DNA of 64,000 nt from positions 18,742 through 82,741 of the forward strand of contig JBKAHA010000019.1 in the NCBI GenBank assembly GCA_046290675.1, in the 5' to 3' direction. The position numbers and the translations under genes are program-made. Within the stretch, counting starts at the first letter, position 1; each line of letters opens with the position of its first letter. This document shows positions 40,501 to 49,975 of this stretch, piece by piece. A model generated the notes under the pieces. It saw only the letters and a list, made by a program, of their open reading frames with translations, ran no database searches and was not told the DNA's origin. The DNA comes from Aureliella sp. (lineage in GTDB: Bacteria > Planctomycetota > Planctomycetia > Pirellulales > Pirellulaceae).

Positions 40501-40831
40501 GGAATATGCCGAGGATGCTGAGTCCAAACTAATCTCTCGGGGGCAAGCTGAGTCCAAGGCTATGGCCGAGATTCTCGGCACACAGCGAAAGCATATCGCC
40601 GAAACAGTTAAGAAGTTTGATAAGACAGATCGGAATCAGCTCAAGTTTGAGTTTGCTCAAGAAGAGGAACTCGCGCAGCTTGACGCAAACAAGCGATATT
40701 GGGCCAAGCGGCTCGAGGAACTAAGAGAGGAGTTGAAATCGGAACCCAAACGTATCGAGGAGCTTTATTCAGTGCAGGCTCGGCGGATTGAACCTGTGGG
40801 ACTTGTCTACCTCTGGCCAGTAACTGGATAA
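37565..40831 (+). CDS. drmD: DISARM SNF2-like helicase DrmD
   Basis: IADDVGLGKT, DEAHH, ATDAAREGLNLQ, EQRNGRIDR; first gene of the drmD-MI-A-B-C order. Confidence 0.88.
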   Translation: MSTVPNLPTPGQIARVRQRTYLVEQVVKSRRVTDSTLVRLSCVDDDNQGQPLEVLWENELDPQVVTAEDWEAIASKGFDDQRTFAAYLNSLKWNCVTSTDPKLFQSPFRAGIRLDAYQLEPLRKALLLPRVNLFIADDVGLGKTIEAGLIARELLLRKKVRDIIVSCPPSMLLQWKEELEARFGLTFEILDKDYMTRVRRERGFSINPWSTHSRFLVSHRLLIDENYAAPLRDHLSTFRPGSLFILDEAHHAAPASGQKYAIDSKITRAVRELAPRFEHRLFLSATPHNGHSNSFSALLEILDPQRFCRGVSVTPKHLEAVVVRRLKEDIREIQGGFPKRNVVQITIDGLPKTAPELELSRLLDEYRVTREERLKGESKRKQAAAGLLITGLQQRLLSSIEAFARTLKVHRKTVQRQWEKSQEGKRETEEKSLPTLDLLNKSVDNDDERANLEEEQLSAIEDAQFESASAATMGPLEDLSAQELFSREQQLLAEMTDIAEQARGQVDARTKELIEWIRKNMCPKLGETGAEWNDTRVLIFTEYDDTKRYLREQLEAAIAKSDRAEQRIEIFHGPTPPQKREEIKQAFNADPSQHPVRILIATDAAREGLNLQAHCSNLFHFDVPWNPSRMEQRNGRIDRKLQPRDEVFCHYFVYKQRPEDRILQVLVRKTQTIKEELGSLAQVIDAKLAKSMSGGIRHRSIAELETQLDSTDIDEKHRNAIEQELEATRKRQQDLREQVDRLRSLLERSKETIGLSEDHFRSAISCSLELLGQDRLEESGHIGKNVDTFAFPALDERSGADPTWAETMDTLRAPRKRDQKLWEWRKSSPIREVVFNDPGVVSDDVVHLHLEQRVVQRLLGRFSAQGFVHHDLSRSCFAQSKDAIPRVILLGRLCLYGIGAARLHEELIPVTARWTDPKIRKDKLSPYAKDTEAKTLSLLEQALLDSQGVYLDGRVTEQLREAAAQDISELLPYLESRGQEYAEDAESKLISRGQAESKAMAEILGTQRKHIAETVKKFDKTDRNQLKFEFAQEEELAQLDANKRYWAKRLEELREELKSEPKRIEELYSVQARRIEPVGLVYLWPVTG

Positions 40832-40837
40832 CGAACC

Positions 40838-43800
40838 ATGGCAAAGTCACCTGAGGAATATGCACACCTGGAATGGCTGGGTTATGTCCAGCCAACAGGT
40901 CTTGTTGTGTCGATCCCCGCACTTCTTGAGGCTCAGTGCTACGTCGACAAGAACATCATGGCTGAGCACACCCAATTCCTGGCTTCCTTACGTCGTGACG
41001 AGGATGACCAGGTCGTCGCTGAAGTGCGAGATCTTGCTGAGTTCACGCAGAGCGTGCTTGGTTGGAATGATTCGGACTTGGAGGTGGTCCCTCAAGCTCC
41101 TACCGGTGACATGGCTCAGCTTGAGGTCGTTTTGCCTCAGTACAACGAAACCCTACGTCCAACGCACGTAGTTCCAGCTTACAAGCCAAATGAAGGCGAA
41201 CCCAAATGGATGATGCTGGTTCAGGAATTGGCGACTGGGACCGATTTCGACGTGGCAACTGAGGCGGATAGTAGTCGACATTGGAGCGCGGCACCTCATG
41301 CCAAGTTCGAGCGATTGCTCCGTGAAAGTGAAGTGCCGATCGGTCTGCTATACAACGGATCTCAGTTTCGTTTGGTCTACGCACCTCGTGGTGAAACCAG
41401 TGGCTATGCAACATTCAATGTAGACGAAATGGGCCAGGTAGCAGGACGCCCCATGTTTGCCGCGTTCTACATGCTGCTCTGCGTCGATCGGTTGTTCACA
41501 CTGGCGCCTGAGCAATGTCTGCCAGCAATCTTGGAGAATAGCCGCAAGTATCAGAGCAACGTTTCAACGAAATTGGCTGAGCAGGTTACTTCTGCGTTGT
41601 TTGAGTTGCTTCGTGGATTTCAAGCAGCTGATGACCATCGCAGCGGCGAATTGCTGCGTGACATCCTCAAGAACAACCCTCAGCATGTTTACAACGGCTT
41701 GCTTACCGTATTGATGCGTCTCGTCTTCGTGCTGTATGCCGAGGACCGCGGGGTCCTTTCGACTGATTCAGTTTATGCCAATCACTATTCCGTGTCTGGC
41801 TTGTTTCAGCGCCTTCGTAGCGACGCTGGCCGCTTCCCAGACACTATGGATCAGCGGTTCGGTGCGTGGTCTCAACTCCTGACCTTGTTTCGGTTGGTAT
41901 TCCAAGGTGCCAAGCATAACGAGTTTCAGATTCCTCCTCGGAAAGGATATCTTTTCGATCCAGATCGCTATCCGTTTCTTGAGGGGCGCTACGATGACGG
42001 AGACGTCGACGTCTCGTCACCAGAGGAGCAGTGTTCGGTGATTCAGATTCCTCAGATTAGCGATGGCGTTATCTATCGTGTGCTCGAGGATCTACTGATT
42101 CTAGATGGCGAGCGTCTCAGCTACCGAACACTTGATGTTGAACAGATTGGCAGTGTTTATGAAGCGGTTATGGGGTTTCAGCTAGAAGTTGCCACTGGGA
42201 AGTCAATCGCCATCAAGCCGGTCAAATCGCACGGCGCACCAGCGACAGTCAATCTCGAGAGTTTACTCGAGGCTAAGCCTGCAAACCGCTCTAAACTTCT
42301 CAAAGAATGGACTGATCAGAAGCTAGGGGCGAGTGACGCCAAGTCGTTGAAGGACGCAAGTAGTATTGAAGAGATTGTCGAAGCCCTTGGCAAGAAGATC
42401 GCGCGCCATGTAACTCCGAGCATTGTTCCATCTGGAAGCATGGTGTTCCAACCATCTGAAGAGCGCAGGCGAAGTGGCTCGCATTACACACCACGTTCTT
42501 TAACCGAACCAATAGTTAGGACTACGCTCGAACCAATTCTCAGGCAATTGTGCGATCCAGATTCAGACTTACCGAGCGTTTACAAACCCTCGAGTCAGGA
42601 TAAGGACCGCTACACAAAGGGTGAAATTGCTGCTCGTGTTCGCCAGTCTGAGAAACATATCGAGTACGCCACGGCTGCGAGAGAGAAAGGTGTACCGCAC
42701 CCTAACCAAATTCTCGATCTAAAAATCTGCGACCCTGCCATGGGCAGTGGTGCGTTCTTGGTTGAGACTTGTCGACAACTTGGAGATGAATTGATTCTGG
42801 CGTGGGCGGCTCACGACATGCAACCATCGGATATTCCGCCCGATGAGGATGAGGTGCTGTACGCGCGTCGCCTTGTGGCCCAGCGTTGCCTGTACGGAGT
42901 CGACAAAAACGTAATGGCCGTAGACCTCGCCAAGCTTTCGCTCTGGCTTGTAACGCTGGCCCAGGACCACGCATTTACGTTCCTAGATCACGCTCTTCGT
43001 CATGGGGATTCGCTGGTTGGTCTTACGCGTCGCCAGATAATTGGCTTTCATTGGGAACCCAAGAAGCAAAAGAAATTTGGCGAAGACTACATCCAAAAAC
43101 GGCTCGACCGAGCCACCGAAGCCCGCGCGAAAATCTTAAATGCCCGCGAGGATGTCCCTTACAAAGATCAGGAACAGCGATTGGCGGTGGCGGATGAGGC
43201 GTTGGATTTGATCCGCATCCTTGGCGATGCGTGCGTCAGTTGCTTCTTTGCCGAGTCGAAAAAGAAAGCCCGCGAAGAAGAAGCGGATCGCGTGTATGGT
43301 CTGGCCAGTTCTTATCTGGAAAGTCAGAAGCAGCCGCAAGTCGATCATGCGAGTCGAACCGGTCTGCAGGAAGCCGCCGCTCTCCTTCGAGACAGTTCGC
43401 AGGAGCATCCCGTTCCCGCGTTTCACTGGGAGATTGAGTTTCCCGAAGTTTTTTCGCGTGAGAATGGCGGGTTCGATGCGTTTGTGGGGAATCCGCCGTT
43501 CTTGGGAGGGAAGAGAATAAGCGGTGCCTTTGGAAGTAGCTATCGCGATTGGCTGCCAGCTATTCACGCGGAAACGAACAGCAATTCAGATTTAGTTGCA
43601 CACTTTTTTAGGCGCGCTTTTAATCTACTCAGAAAACAAGGCACATTAGGGCTAATCGGAACAAACACGATCTCCCAAGGTGACACGAGGGCGACAGGGC
43701 TTCGCTGGATTTGTAACCACGGCGGACAAATTTATTGGGCGAAGCGACGCGGGGCCTGGCCAGGAGTTGCAGCAGTAGTCGTTAGCTTCGTGCACATTTT

Positions 43801-45019
43801 CAAAGGTCAGCTCGACGGACTCCGAAGTCTCGATGGGAAGCAAGTTGAGCGTATCACGGCATTTCTTTATCACGCGGGCGGCAATGATGATCCGTTCGTT
43901 TTGCAATCAAACGAAGGACTCAGCTACCAAGGATGCATCGTTCTAGGCATGGGTTTTACGTTCGACTCAGAACCTAACGATGTGTCAGGAACGCTCGAAG
44001 AAATGCACGAATTGATTGCAGCAAATCCAAGAAACCAAGACGTAATTTTTCCATATATTGGCGGCGAAGAACTTCTAAGGAGTCCCATTCAATCACCTCG
44101 CAGATATGTAATCAATTTTGGAGGGCGGACTCTTGAAGAATGTGAAGCTGAGTTTCCTGATCTCCTGGAGATCGTTCGCGAACGCGTTAAACCAGCAAGA
44201 GATGAACTCAAGCGCGACGTATATCGCAATAAGTGGTGGATGTTTGCGGAAAGGCAAACCGCACTTTGTGATGGACTTGCGACGTTAGACAGAGCGTTGA
44301 TGCACTCGTTTACGTCATCGCACTTGGCATTCGCGTTTATTCCCGCCGATACGGTATTTGCTGGCCCACACTGCGTCTTTCTCCTAGATGGCTATGGCTA
44401 CTTTTGCACGATGCAAAGTCGAATACATGAGCGATGGGCTAGATTCACAAGCTCGACTTTGAAGGACGACCTTAGTTACAAAATCACGGATTGCTTTGAG
44501 ACATTTCCCTTTCCCTTGCAAGTCGAGACGTTGGATGATGCAGGGCAAGCGTATTACGACCTGCGTGCGCAAGTAATGATCTCAAACGATGAAGGTCTGA
44601 CGAAGACCTACAACCGTTTCCATTCTCCGGACGAGCGTGATGAGGGCATCTTGGAGCTTCGTCGTCTTCACGGTTTGATGGATGGAGCGGTGCTGCGGGC
44701 CTACGGCTGGGACGATCTGGCAGAATCTGCCGCAGCCGACGATTTTTGCGAGTTCCTGCTCGACTACGAAGAGGAAGAAGACGACGACGCGCCCGCCTCG
44801 ACCAAAAAGAAATCCAAAAAGAAGAAGCCCTGGCGTTATCGCTGGCCCGACGACTTCCGCGACGAAGTCCTCGCCCGCCTCCTCGAACTCAACGAACAAC
44901 GCCACAAAGAAGAACAAATCGCTGGCAAGCTTGCGGACGGTGAGTCAAAGAAGAAGACGCCAGCCCGCAACAAGACATCCCCCCCGTCAAACCCAGGCCA
45001 GACTTCATTCCTCGAATAG
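40838..45019 (+). CDS. drmMI: DISARM N6-adenine methyltransferase DrmMI
   Basis: GSHYTP, DPAMGSGAF (SAM motif), GNPPF (catalytic), followed by a TRD-like region. Confidence 0.88.
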   Translation: MAKSPEEYAHLEWLGYVQPTGLVVSIPALLEAQCYVDKNIMAEHTQFLASLRRDEDDQVVAEVRDLAEFTQSVLGWNDSDLEVVPQAPTGDMAQLEVVLPQYNETLRPTHVVPAYKPNEGEPKWMMLVQELATGTDFDVATEADSSRHWSAAPHAKFERLLRESEVPIGLLYNGSQFRLVYAPRGETSGYATFNVDEMGQVAGRPMFAAFYMLLCVDRLFTLAPEQCLPAILENSRKYQSNVSTKLAEQVTSALFELLRGFQAADDHRSGELLRDILKNNPQHVYNGLLTVLMRLVFVLYAEDRGVLSTDSVYANHYSVSGLFQRLRSDAGRFPDTMDQRFGAWSQLLTLFRLVFQGAKHNEFQIPPRKGYLFDPDRYPFLEGRYDDGDVDVSSPEEQCSVIQIPQISDGVIYRVLEDLLILDGERLSYRTLDVEQIGSVYEAVMGFQLEVATGKSIAIKPVKSHGAPATVNLESLLEAKPANRSKLLKEWTDQKLGASDAKSLKDASSIEEIVEALGKKIARHVTPSIVPSGSMVFQPSEERRRSGSHYTPRSLTEPIVRTTLEPILRQLCDPDSDLPSVYKPSSQDKDRYTKGEIAARVRQSEKHIEYATAAREKGVPHPNQILDLKICDPAMGSGAFLVETCRQLGDELILAWAAHDMQPSDIPPDEDEVLYARRLVAQRCLYGVDKNVMAVDLAKLSLWLVTLAQDHAFTFLDHALRHGDSLVGLTRRQIIGFHWEPKKQKKFGEDYIQKRLDRATEARAKILNAREDVPYKDQEQRLAVADEALDLIRILGDACVSCFFAESKKKAREEEADRVYGLASSYLESQKQPQVDHASRTGLQEAAALLRDSSQEHPVPAFHWEIEFPEVFSRENGGFDAFVGNPPFLGGKRISGAFGSSYRDWLPAIHAETNSNSDLVAHFFRRAFNLLRKQGTLGLIGTNTISQGDTRATGLRWICNHGGQIYWAKRRGAWPGVAAVVVSFVHIFKGQLDGLRSLDGKQVERITAFLYHAGGNDDPFVLQSNEGLSYQGCIVLGMGFTFDSEPNDVSGTLEEMHELIAANPRNQDVIFPYIGGEELLRSPIQSPRRYVINFGGRTLEECEAEFPDLLEIVRERVKPARDELKRDVYRNKWWMFAERQTALCDGLATLDRALMHSFTSSHLAFAFIPADTVFAGPHCVFLLDGYGYFCTMQSRIHERWARFTSSTLKDDLSYKITDCFETFPFPLQVETLDDAGQAYYDLRAQVMISNDEGLTKTYNRFHSPDERDEGILELRRLHGLMDGAVLRAYGWDDLAESAAADDFCEFLLDYEEEEDDDAPASTKKKSKKKKPWRYRWPDDFRDEVLARLLELNEQRHKEEQIAGKLADGESKKKTPARNKTSPPSNPGQTSFLE

Positions 45020-45093
45020 TGACCGAAGGTGTCACGCAACCTGCTACCCTAGAAGCTTCGCCCAAATTCTCCATATCAAAATGAGGTGCAACG

Positions 45094-45612
45094 ATGAACT
45101 CGTTTGGCAAACTTGCTCTTGTCATGTCGACAGTTGCGCCCGTACTCGGAGCTTTTGGAATCAACGCCTTCTCGAATGGAGCGACCAGTGCCGGTTGGTG
45201 GTATGTCGGCATCGCACTAGGAATGATCGTGATTACGGCTCTCATCCTGTTCGAATGCCACCGACGCATAGAGACAGAAACGCTCAAGATTGAAACGACT
45301 AAGTCAGTAGACAAAGAGTCTCTGTCTTTTCTGCTCGTGTATCTTCTTCCGCTTCTTGCCAAAGACGTCAATCAGTTTACTGGAGATACCTGGACCGCCT
45401 TTTACGTATTCGGCGTCATCGCCTTGGTTGTTGCGCATGGAAATCTAGTCACCTTCAACCCAGTTTTTGCTCTCTTTCGCCTGCACTTCTACGAAGTAAA
45501 GACCGTGGGTGGGATGACCTGTACTTTTGTGTCAAAGCAAATCATAAAGAAACAGTCCGGCGAGTATCGCGCCATCGAAGTCTACCCGTTCTTCTACATG
45601 GAGGCTAAGTAG
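45094..45612 (+). CDS. kwaA: Kiwa membrane component KwaA-like
   Basis: Four TM helices; ESLSFLLVYLLP and NLVTFNPVFALFRLHFYEV resemble KwaA motifs; 2 nt upstream of a KwaB-like gene. Confidence 0.75.
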   Translation: MNSFGKLALVMSTVAPVLGAFGINAFSNGATSAGWWYVGIALGMIVITALILFECHRRIETETLKIETTKSVDKESLSFLLVYLLPLLAKDVNQFTGDTWTAFYVFGVIALVVAHGNLVTFNPVFALFRLHFYEVKTVGGMTCTFVSKQIIKKQSGEYRAIEVYPFFYMEAK

Positions 45613-45614
45613 CC

Positions 45615-46523
45615 ATGTCAAACGAATTGACATTTTTTGCCGTCACGCGAGTCGGTAGTGGACCATCAGAGTTACAGCGCATTCATGTCGAGCGTTCGGT
45701 CCAAGAACAGCTTTCAGAGTTGTTTGACGAACAGTCGGAAGAATTCACTGGTGTTGACGTGGAACCAATCCAGTTTAGCCCGACATACCGTATTGATCGT
45801 TCGGACAACGAAGTATTTGCAGTTTCTGAATTCGAGATCCCAGAGTTCTTGAGCGAAGCCTTGGAAGCCCATGAAAGCATCGAAGACTTACAGAATCCGT
45901 TTACGCCACAAGCCCCACGAGTGAAAGCAATTGTCGGTGTCGACGCTGAATCAGGGGCTTTCTTTTTTCAGTATTTTGAGCGAAGACGAATCCTTGATTC
46001 TCGCCGTTTATTTCTCTTTAGGAACGATCGTTTCAGTGCAGTTGAAGAGCCCGCAATCACAGTAGATGACAAGCTCGTAGCAACGATCATTGATGGCGAG
46101 TTGCGCTTTAAATCGTTCTATCACGTTCGACAGTTCTTAGACCTCTCCATTCTCTTTGAGGATGCAACAGATGAGTCGATTCACAAGTTTTTGGAACATC
46201 CAAAACTGCATGTAGAGGATATTGAAGCCCTTATTCCTCGACTTTCCACTCGAATGAGAAAACGCTTCGCGGTTGTACTCGCTACGGGCATTCTCGATGA
46301 CCAGAATATTACGCCCCAGCTAATTCAGACTCGAGCAAAGAAATACACGGGACTTGAGAACTTACGACTCAAAGGACCTGCAAGCTCGAGAAAGATCGTC
46401 CTACCATCCGAACTCGCGAAGCTCGAGAAACTTCTTCGGTTTGTTTGTGAAGAACTATATGTAGGCGATCTAACCGGTAGCGAACGAATTACTAACTCCT
46501 CAAGAGTCATAACAACTGCTTGA
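45615..46523 (+). CDS. kwaB: Kiwa KwaB-like (DUF4868) protein
   Basis: FFFQYF, ITVDDKLVA, FKSFYHVRQFLDL..F..AT..I..F pattern of DUF4868; paired with a 4-TM gene. Confidence 0.78.
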   Translation: MSNELTFFAVTRVGSGPSELQRIHVERSVQEQLSELFDEQSEEFTGVDVEPIQFSPTYRIDRSDNEVFAVSEFEIPEFLSEALEAHESIEDLQNPFTPQAPRVKAIVGVDAESGAFFFQYFERRRILDSRRLFLFRNDRFSAVEEPAITVDDKLVATIIDGELRFKSFYHVRQFLDLSILFEDATDESIHKFLEHPKLHVEDIEALIPRLSTRMRKRFAVVLATGILDDQNITPQLIQTRAKKYTGLENLRLKGPASSRKIVLPSELAKLEKLLRFVCEELYVGDLTGSERITNSSRVITTA

Positions 46524-46582
46524 ATCAATTAGACAGCGATGGGGAATTCTGGCACTCTTCCTAGAAAAATGGCGAGGAATTC

Positions 46583-49500
46583 ATGAAACCTGTTGATGTC
46601 AGGCACCATCTCCAGCAAGCAATACAGCTCGACCTCGTGGGGCCAACTGAGACGTTGGGGGATCTTCGGGAGACCCTCAATCAAATGCCGTCACGGTGGT
46701 ATCTCACCGGCTTTTTGGTGCCGACTGAAGCAGATGAGGCCCAACGTGTCGATCCAACGAGCAACGATGAGCTTGACCAGGCGGCTGAACCAGCTGGCCT
46801 CGATGACGATAGTACTCCAGAACCTGTAGCGGCCAGAAGATCCTATCTTCCCAGCAGCATGGGACTCAGCGTCTTGGTCCCTAAGAATGCCACAGAGTTA
46901 AATATATCAGTTGATTACGGAGAGTACCTCCTTCAAGAACAAGATGAAGGATACTCCGGCCCAGACCTATGGAAGCGTGTGCCGCACAGACAAGAGTTCA
47001 AACTTGATTTTGGTAGTTCAGCTCCAAATCGAGGGAGGCTTCCGGTTCCCAACAGCAGAGGGCTAGAGATTGACTGGTCCATTCGCGAAGTACCCGACTC
47101 GGGTATCGAAGGTGGTTTACCCTCGGGAACTCGAAGTCTTTCGGTATTCATCGTCAATCATCGAACTCCTGCTGGCGATAAACACGCCGACGAAGCATCA
47201 GTGTTTCAGGTGCAGCTTGAGCTAAAATGCAACCAAGGATTCGTCGCGAGGCCGAACCTTCGGAGCCTCGAGAGCGACGACTGGGACGAATGCGTTGCAG
47301 ACCTCCAGTATCAAGACTCGTTCGAGTTTTCTGTCGGGCATGGCGTATCCACGGAAGCTGATACAGAGGGCAACGTCTGTAATGTAGTGCGAACTTGCTG
47401 GCTTCCTAGTGCAGAAGTCGAGAAAGTCGCCCCCGCGCCAATTCCCGATGTTGAATTGCGTATGGAGGAGTTGGCCGGTCTCAAAGACGGGAAAGCCGCA
47501 CAAGAAAAGCTCGGCAACTTTGTTGAATGCTACAAGTCTTGGATCAAGAAACAGATAGACAATGTCCCTTCGTCACCTGCTAAACGAAGAGAAACTGGAG
47601 AAGTTCTCTTGCATAACGCCTCGAGGGCGGCAAAACGAATACAGGAAGGAATTGATTTACTTTCGACGCCTGACTGCTTAGACGCTTTCCGATTAGCCAA
47701 CCGAGCGATGGCAGATCAAGGGCGACGAAGACTCGCACTGCAACTCAATAAGCCAGCCGCTGAAATCGTTCCTGCTTGGCGCCCGTTCCAGTTAGCATTT
47801 CTTCTGATGAATTTAAAGGGAATTGCTGAGCCTGAAGGCGATGATCGCCAGGTAGTGGACCTCCTATTCTTTCCAACAGGTGGTGGTAAGACCGAAGCCT
47901 ACCTTGGTTTGGCAGCTTTTACTCTGGTGCTGCGACGACTTCGAAACCCCGGTATCGCATCGGCAGGTTTGAGCGTGTTGATGCGTTATACGTTGCGGCT
48001 ACTGACACTCGACCAGCTCGGTCGTGCCGCTGCCTTGATATGTGCTCTCGAGCTTCTTCGTCAAAGCGACGTTGATAAGCTCGGCGAGTGGCCATTTGAA
48101 ATCGGCTTATGGGTTGGCCGAGCCGCAACGCCAAATCGCATGGGACGGAAAGGCGAATCGGATGGCGAATCTGCTCGGCGAAAAACAATCGCGTTCCAGA
48201 ATGACAGCAAGAATAAACCCTCGCCTATTCCGCTAGAAGAATGTCCTTGGTGTGGAGAGAAGTTTCGGGCTACATCCTTTAAGTTAACACCCAATACAGA
48301 CAACCCAACTGATCTCCGTGTCACCTGTGCTAACCGAGACTGCGACTTCTCGAGAGGTAATGACTTACCCATTCTTGCTGTTGATGAGCCAATCTATCGA
48401 CGGCTACCTTGCTTCTTGATTGCCACTGTCGATAAATTTGCGGCCATGCCTTGGACCGGTGAAGTTGGCGGCTTCTTCGGTCGGGTCGACCGCTATGACG
48501 CTGATGGTTTTTATGGGCCTTGCGAGAAGAACGTTGGTCGTCCCCTACCTGAGCCACGACTGAATCCACCGGACTTGGTGATTCAAGACGAATTGCACCT
48601 GATATCGGGACCACTGGGCACAATGGTCGGCCTGTATGAGACCGCCTTGGACGAATTGTCGACTGTTATGCGAGATAACAAAGAGATACGTCCAAAGATC
48701 ATTGCTTCCACGGCTACGGTTCGCCGTGCAGAAAGTCAGATTCGGGCACTATTCAACCGACGTCTGGTTGACGTATTCCCTCCCCCAGGCCCTGATCGTC
48801 GAGATTCATTCTTCGCTGAAACTCATAGCACCGAACGAAGCAACGCTCGGCAGTATCTGGGTATCGCGGCCCAAGGGCGCTCGCCAAAAGTCATTATGCT
48901 GCGAGTCTACTTGGCTCTCTTGGCTGCAGCCCAACGCGTTTATGTTGAAAACGGTGGTAAGAAAAACAAAAGTAATCCAGCTGACCCGTATATGACGCTG
49001 CTCGGCTATTTCAACAGTTTACGAGAACTTGGTGGTGCAAGAAGGCTGATTGAAGACGAAGTTCGCACGCAGCTTATTTCTCGGGGTGCTCGAAAAAGAG
49101 TTGGTGAAGACAAAGGTGTCTTTCGCGACCGAAAGATAACGTATGAACCTGTTGAACTGACCAGCCGAGTCTCAACGGACAAAGTGTCTGAGGCTAAGCG
49201 ACTCCTCGAGCAAGCGTTCTTTGAAAAGGACCACGTCGATGTGGCTATCGCCACCAATATGATTTCTGTCGGTCTCGACATCACGCGACTTGGCCTGATG
49301 GTTTGCTTCGGCCAACCCAAGACCAGTGCCGAATACATTCAGGCAACGAGCCGTGTTGGACGAGATGACAAGCGGCCTGGGTTAGTGGTGACAATCCTAA
49401 ATATTCATCGGCCAAGAGACCGGTCACACTACGAACGTTTCGCTGCCTTCCACGAGACCTTCTATCGCTCTGTTGAGGCCACAAGCGTCACGCCATTCTC

Positions 49501-49975
49501 ACCTCGCGCCTTGGACCGTGGACTTGCCGGCACACTTGTCGCTTTGGTTCGCCAAGGGCATCTACCTATGACGCAACCACGCGGGGCAACTGAGATTCTC
49601 AACGAAATGCCGCGATTAGACACATTCGTCGAGCAGATTTCGGATCGTGCCCTGGAGACACACTATGACAGTTCATCTGCTGAAGCGGAACACCTTAAGA
49701 ACGTTGTGCGAGAGCGTGCTATCGATTTGCTCGACAACTGGAATACGATTGCAAAGGAATTGCATGACAATGGTGGCGCACTACAGTATCAGGCTGAAAT
49801 CGGGGGTGCCCAAAGACTACTCTACGAGTTCCTCAATCCAGAGCTAAAGGAACTGCCCGCTCGGCATAAAAAGTTCCGTGCCAATCGTTCGATGCGAGAC
49901 GTCGAGCCAAGCGTCAATCTCTGGCTTAAGACAATTGACGGTGTTGAGCTTGACCCTGAGGAGGAGGACGCGTGA
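46583..49975 (+). CDS. drmA: DISARM helicase DrmA
   Basis: FFPTGGGKTEAY, IQDELHLI, ATNMISVGLDI, YIQATSRVGR. Confidence 0.9.
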   Translation: MKPVDVRHHLQQAIQLDLVGPTETLGDLRETLNQMPSRWYLTGFLVPTEADEAQRVDPTSNDELDQAAEPAGLDDDSTPEPVAARRSYLPSSMGLSVLVPKNATELNISVDYGEYLLQEQDEGYSGPDLWKRVPHRQEFKLDFGSSAPNRGRLPVPNSRGLEIDWSIREVPDSGIEGGLPSGTRSLSVFIVNHRTPAGDKHADEASVFQVQLELKCNQGFVARPNLRSLESDDWDECVADLQYQDSFEFSVGHGVSTEADTEGNVCNVVRTCWLPSAEVEKVAPAPIPDVELRMEELAGLKDGKAAQEKLGNFVECYKSWIKKQIDNVPSSPAKRRETGEVLLHNASRAAKRIQEGIDLLSTPDCLDAFRLANRAMADQGRRRLALQLNKPAAEIVPAWRPFQLAFLLMNLKGIAEPEGDDRQVVDLLFFPTGGGKTEAYLGLAAFTLVLRRLRNPGIASAGLSVLMRYTLRLLTLDQLGRAAALICALELLRQSDVDKLGEWPFEIGLWVGRAATPNRMGRKGESDGESARRKTIAFQNDSKNKPSPIPLEECPWCGEKFRATSFKLTPNTDNPTDLRVTCANRDCDFSRGNDLPILAVDEPIYRRLPCFLIATVDKFAAMPWTGEVGGFFGRVDRYDADGFYGPCEKNVGRPLPEPRLNPPDLVIQDELHLISGPLGTMVGLYETALDELSTVMRDNKEIRPKIIASTATVRRAESQIRALFNRRLVDVFPPPGPDRRDSFFAETHSTERSNARQYLGIAAQGRSPKVIMLRVYLALLAAAQRVYVENGGKKNKSNPADPYMTLLGYFNSLRELGGARRLIEDEVRTQLISRGARKRVGEDKGVFRDRKITYEPVELTSRVSTDKVSEAKRLLEQAFFEKDHVDVAIATNMISVGLDITRLGLMVCFGQPKTSAEYIQATSRVGRDDKRPGLVVTILNIHRPRDRSHYERFAAFHETFYRSVEATSVTPFSPRALDRGLAGTLVALVRQGHLPMTQPRGATEILNEMPRLDTFVEQISDRALETHYDSSSAEAEHLKNVVRERAIDLLDNWNTIAKELHDNGGALQYQAEIGGAQRLLYEFLNPELKELPARHKKFRANRSMRDVEPSVNLWLKTIDGVELDPEEEDA

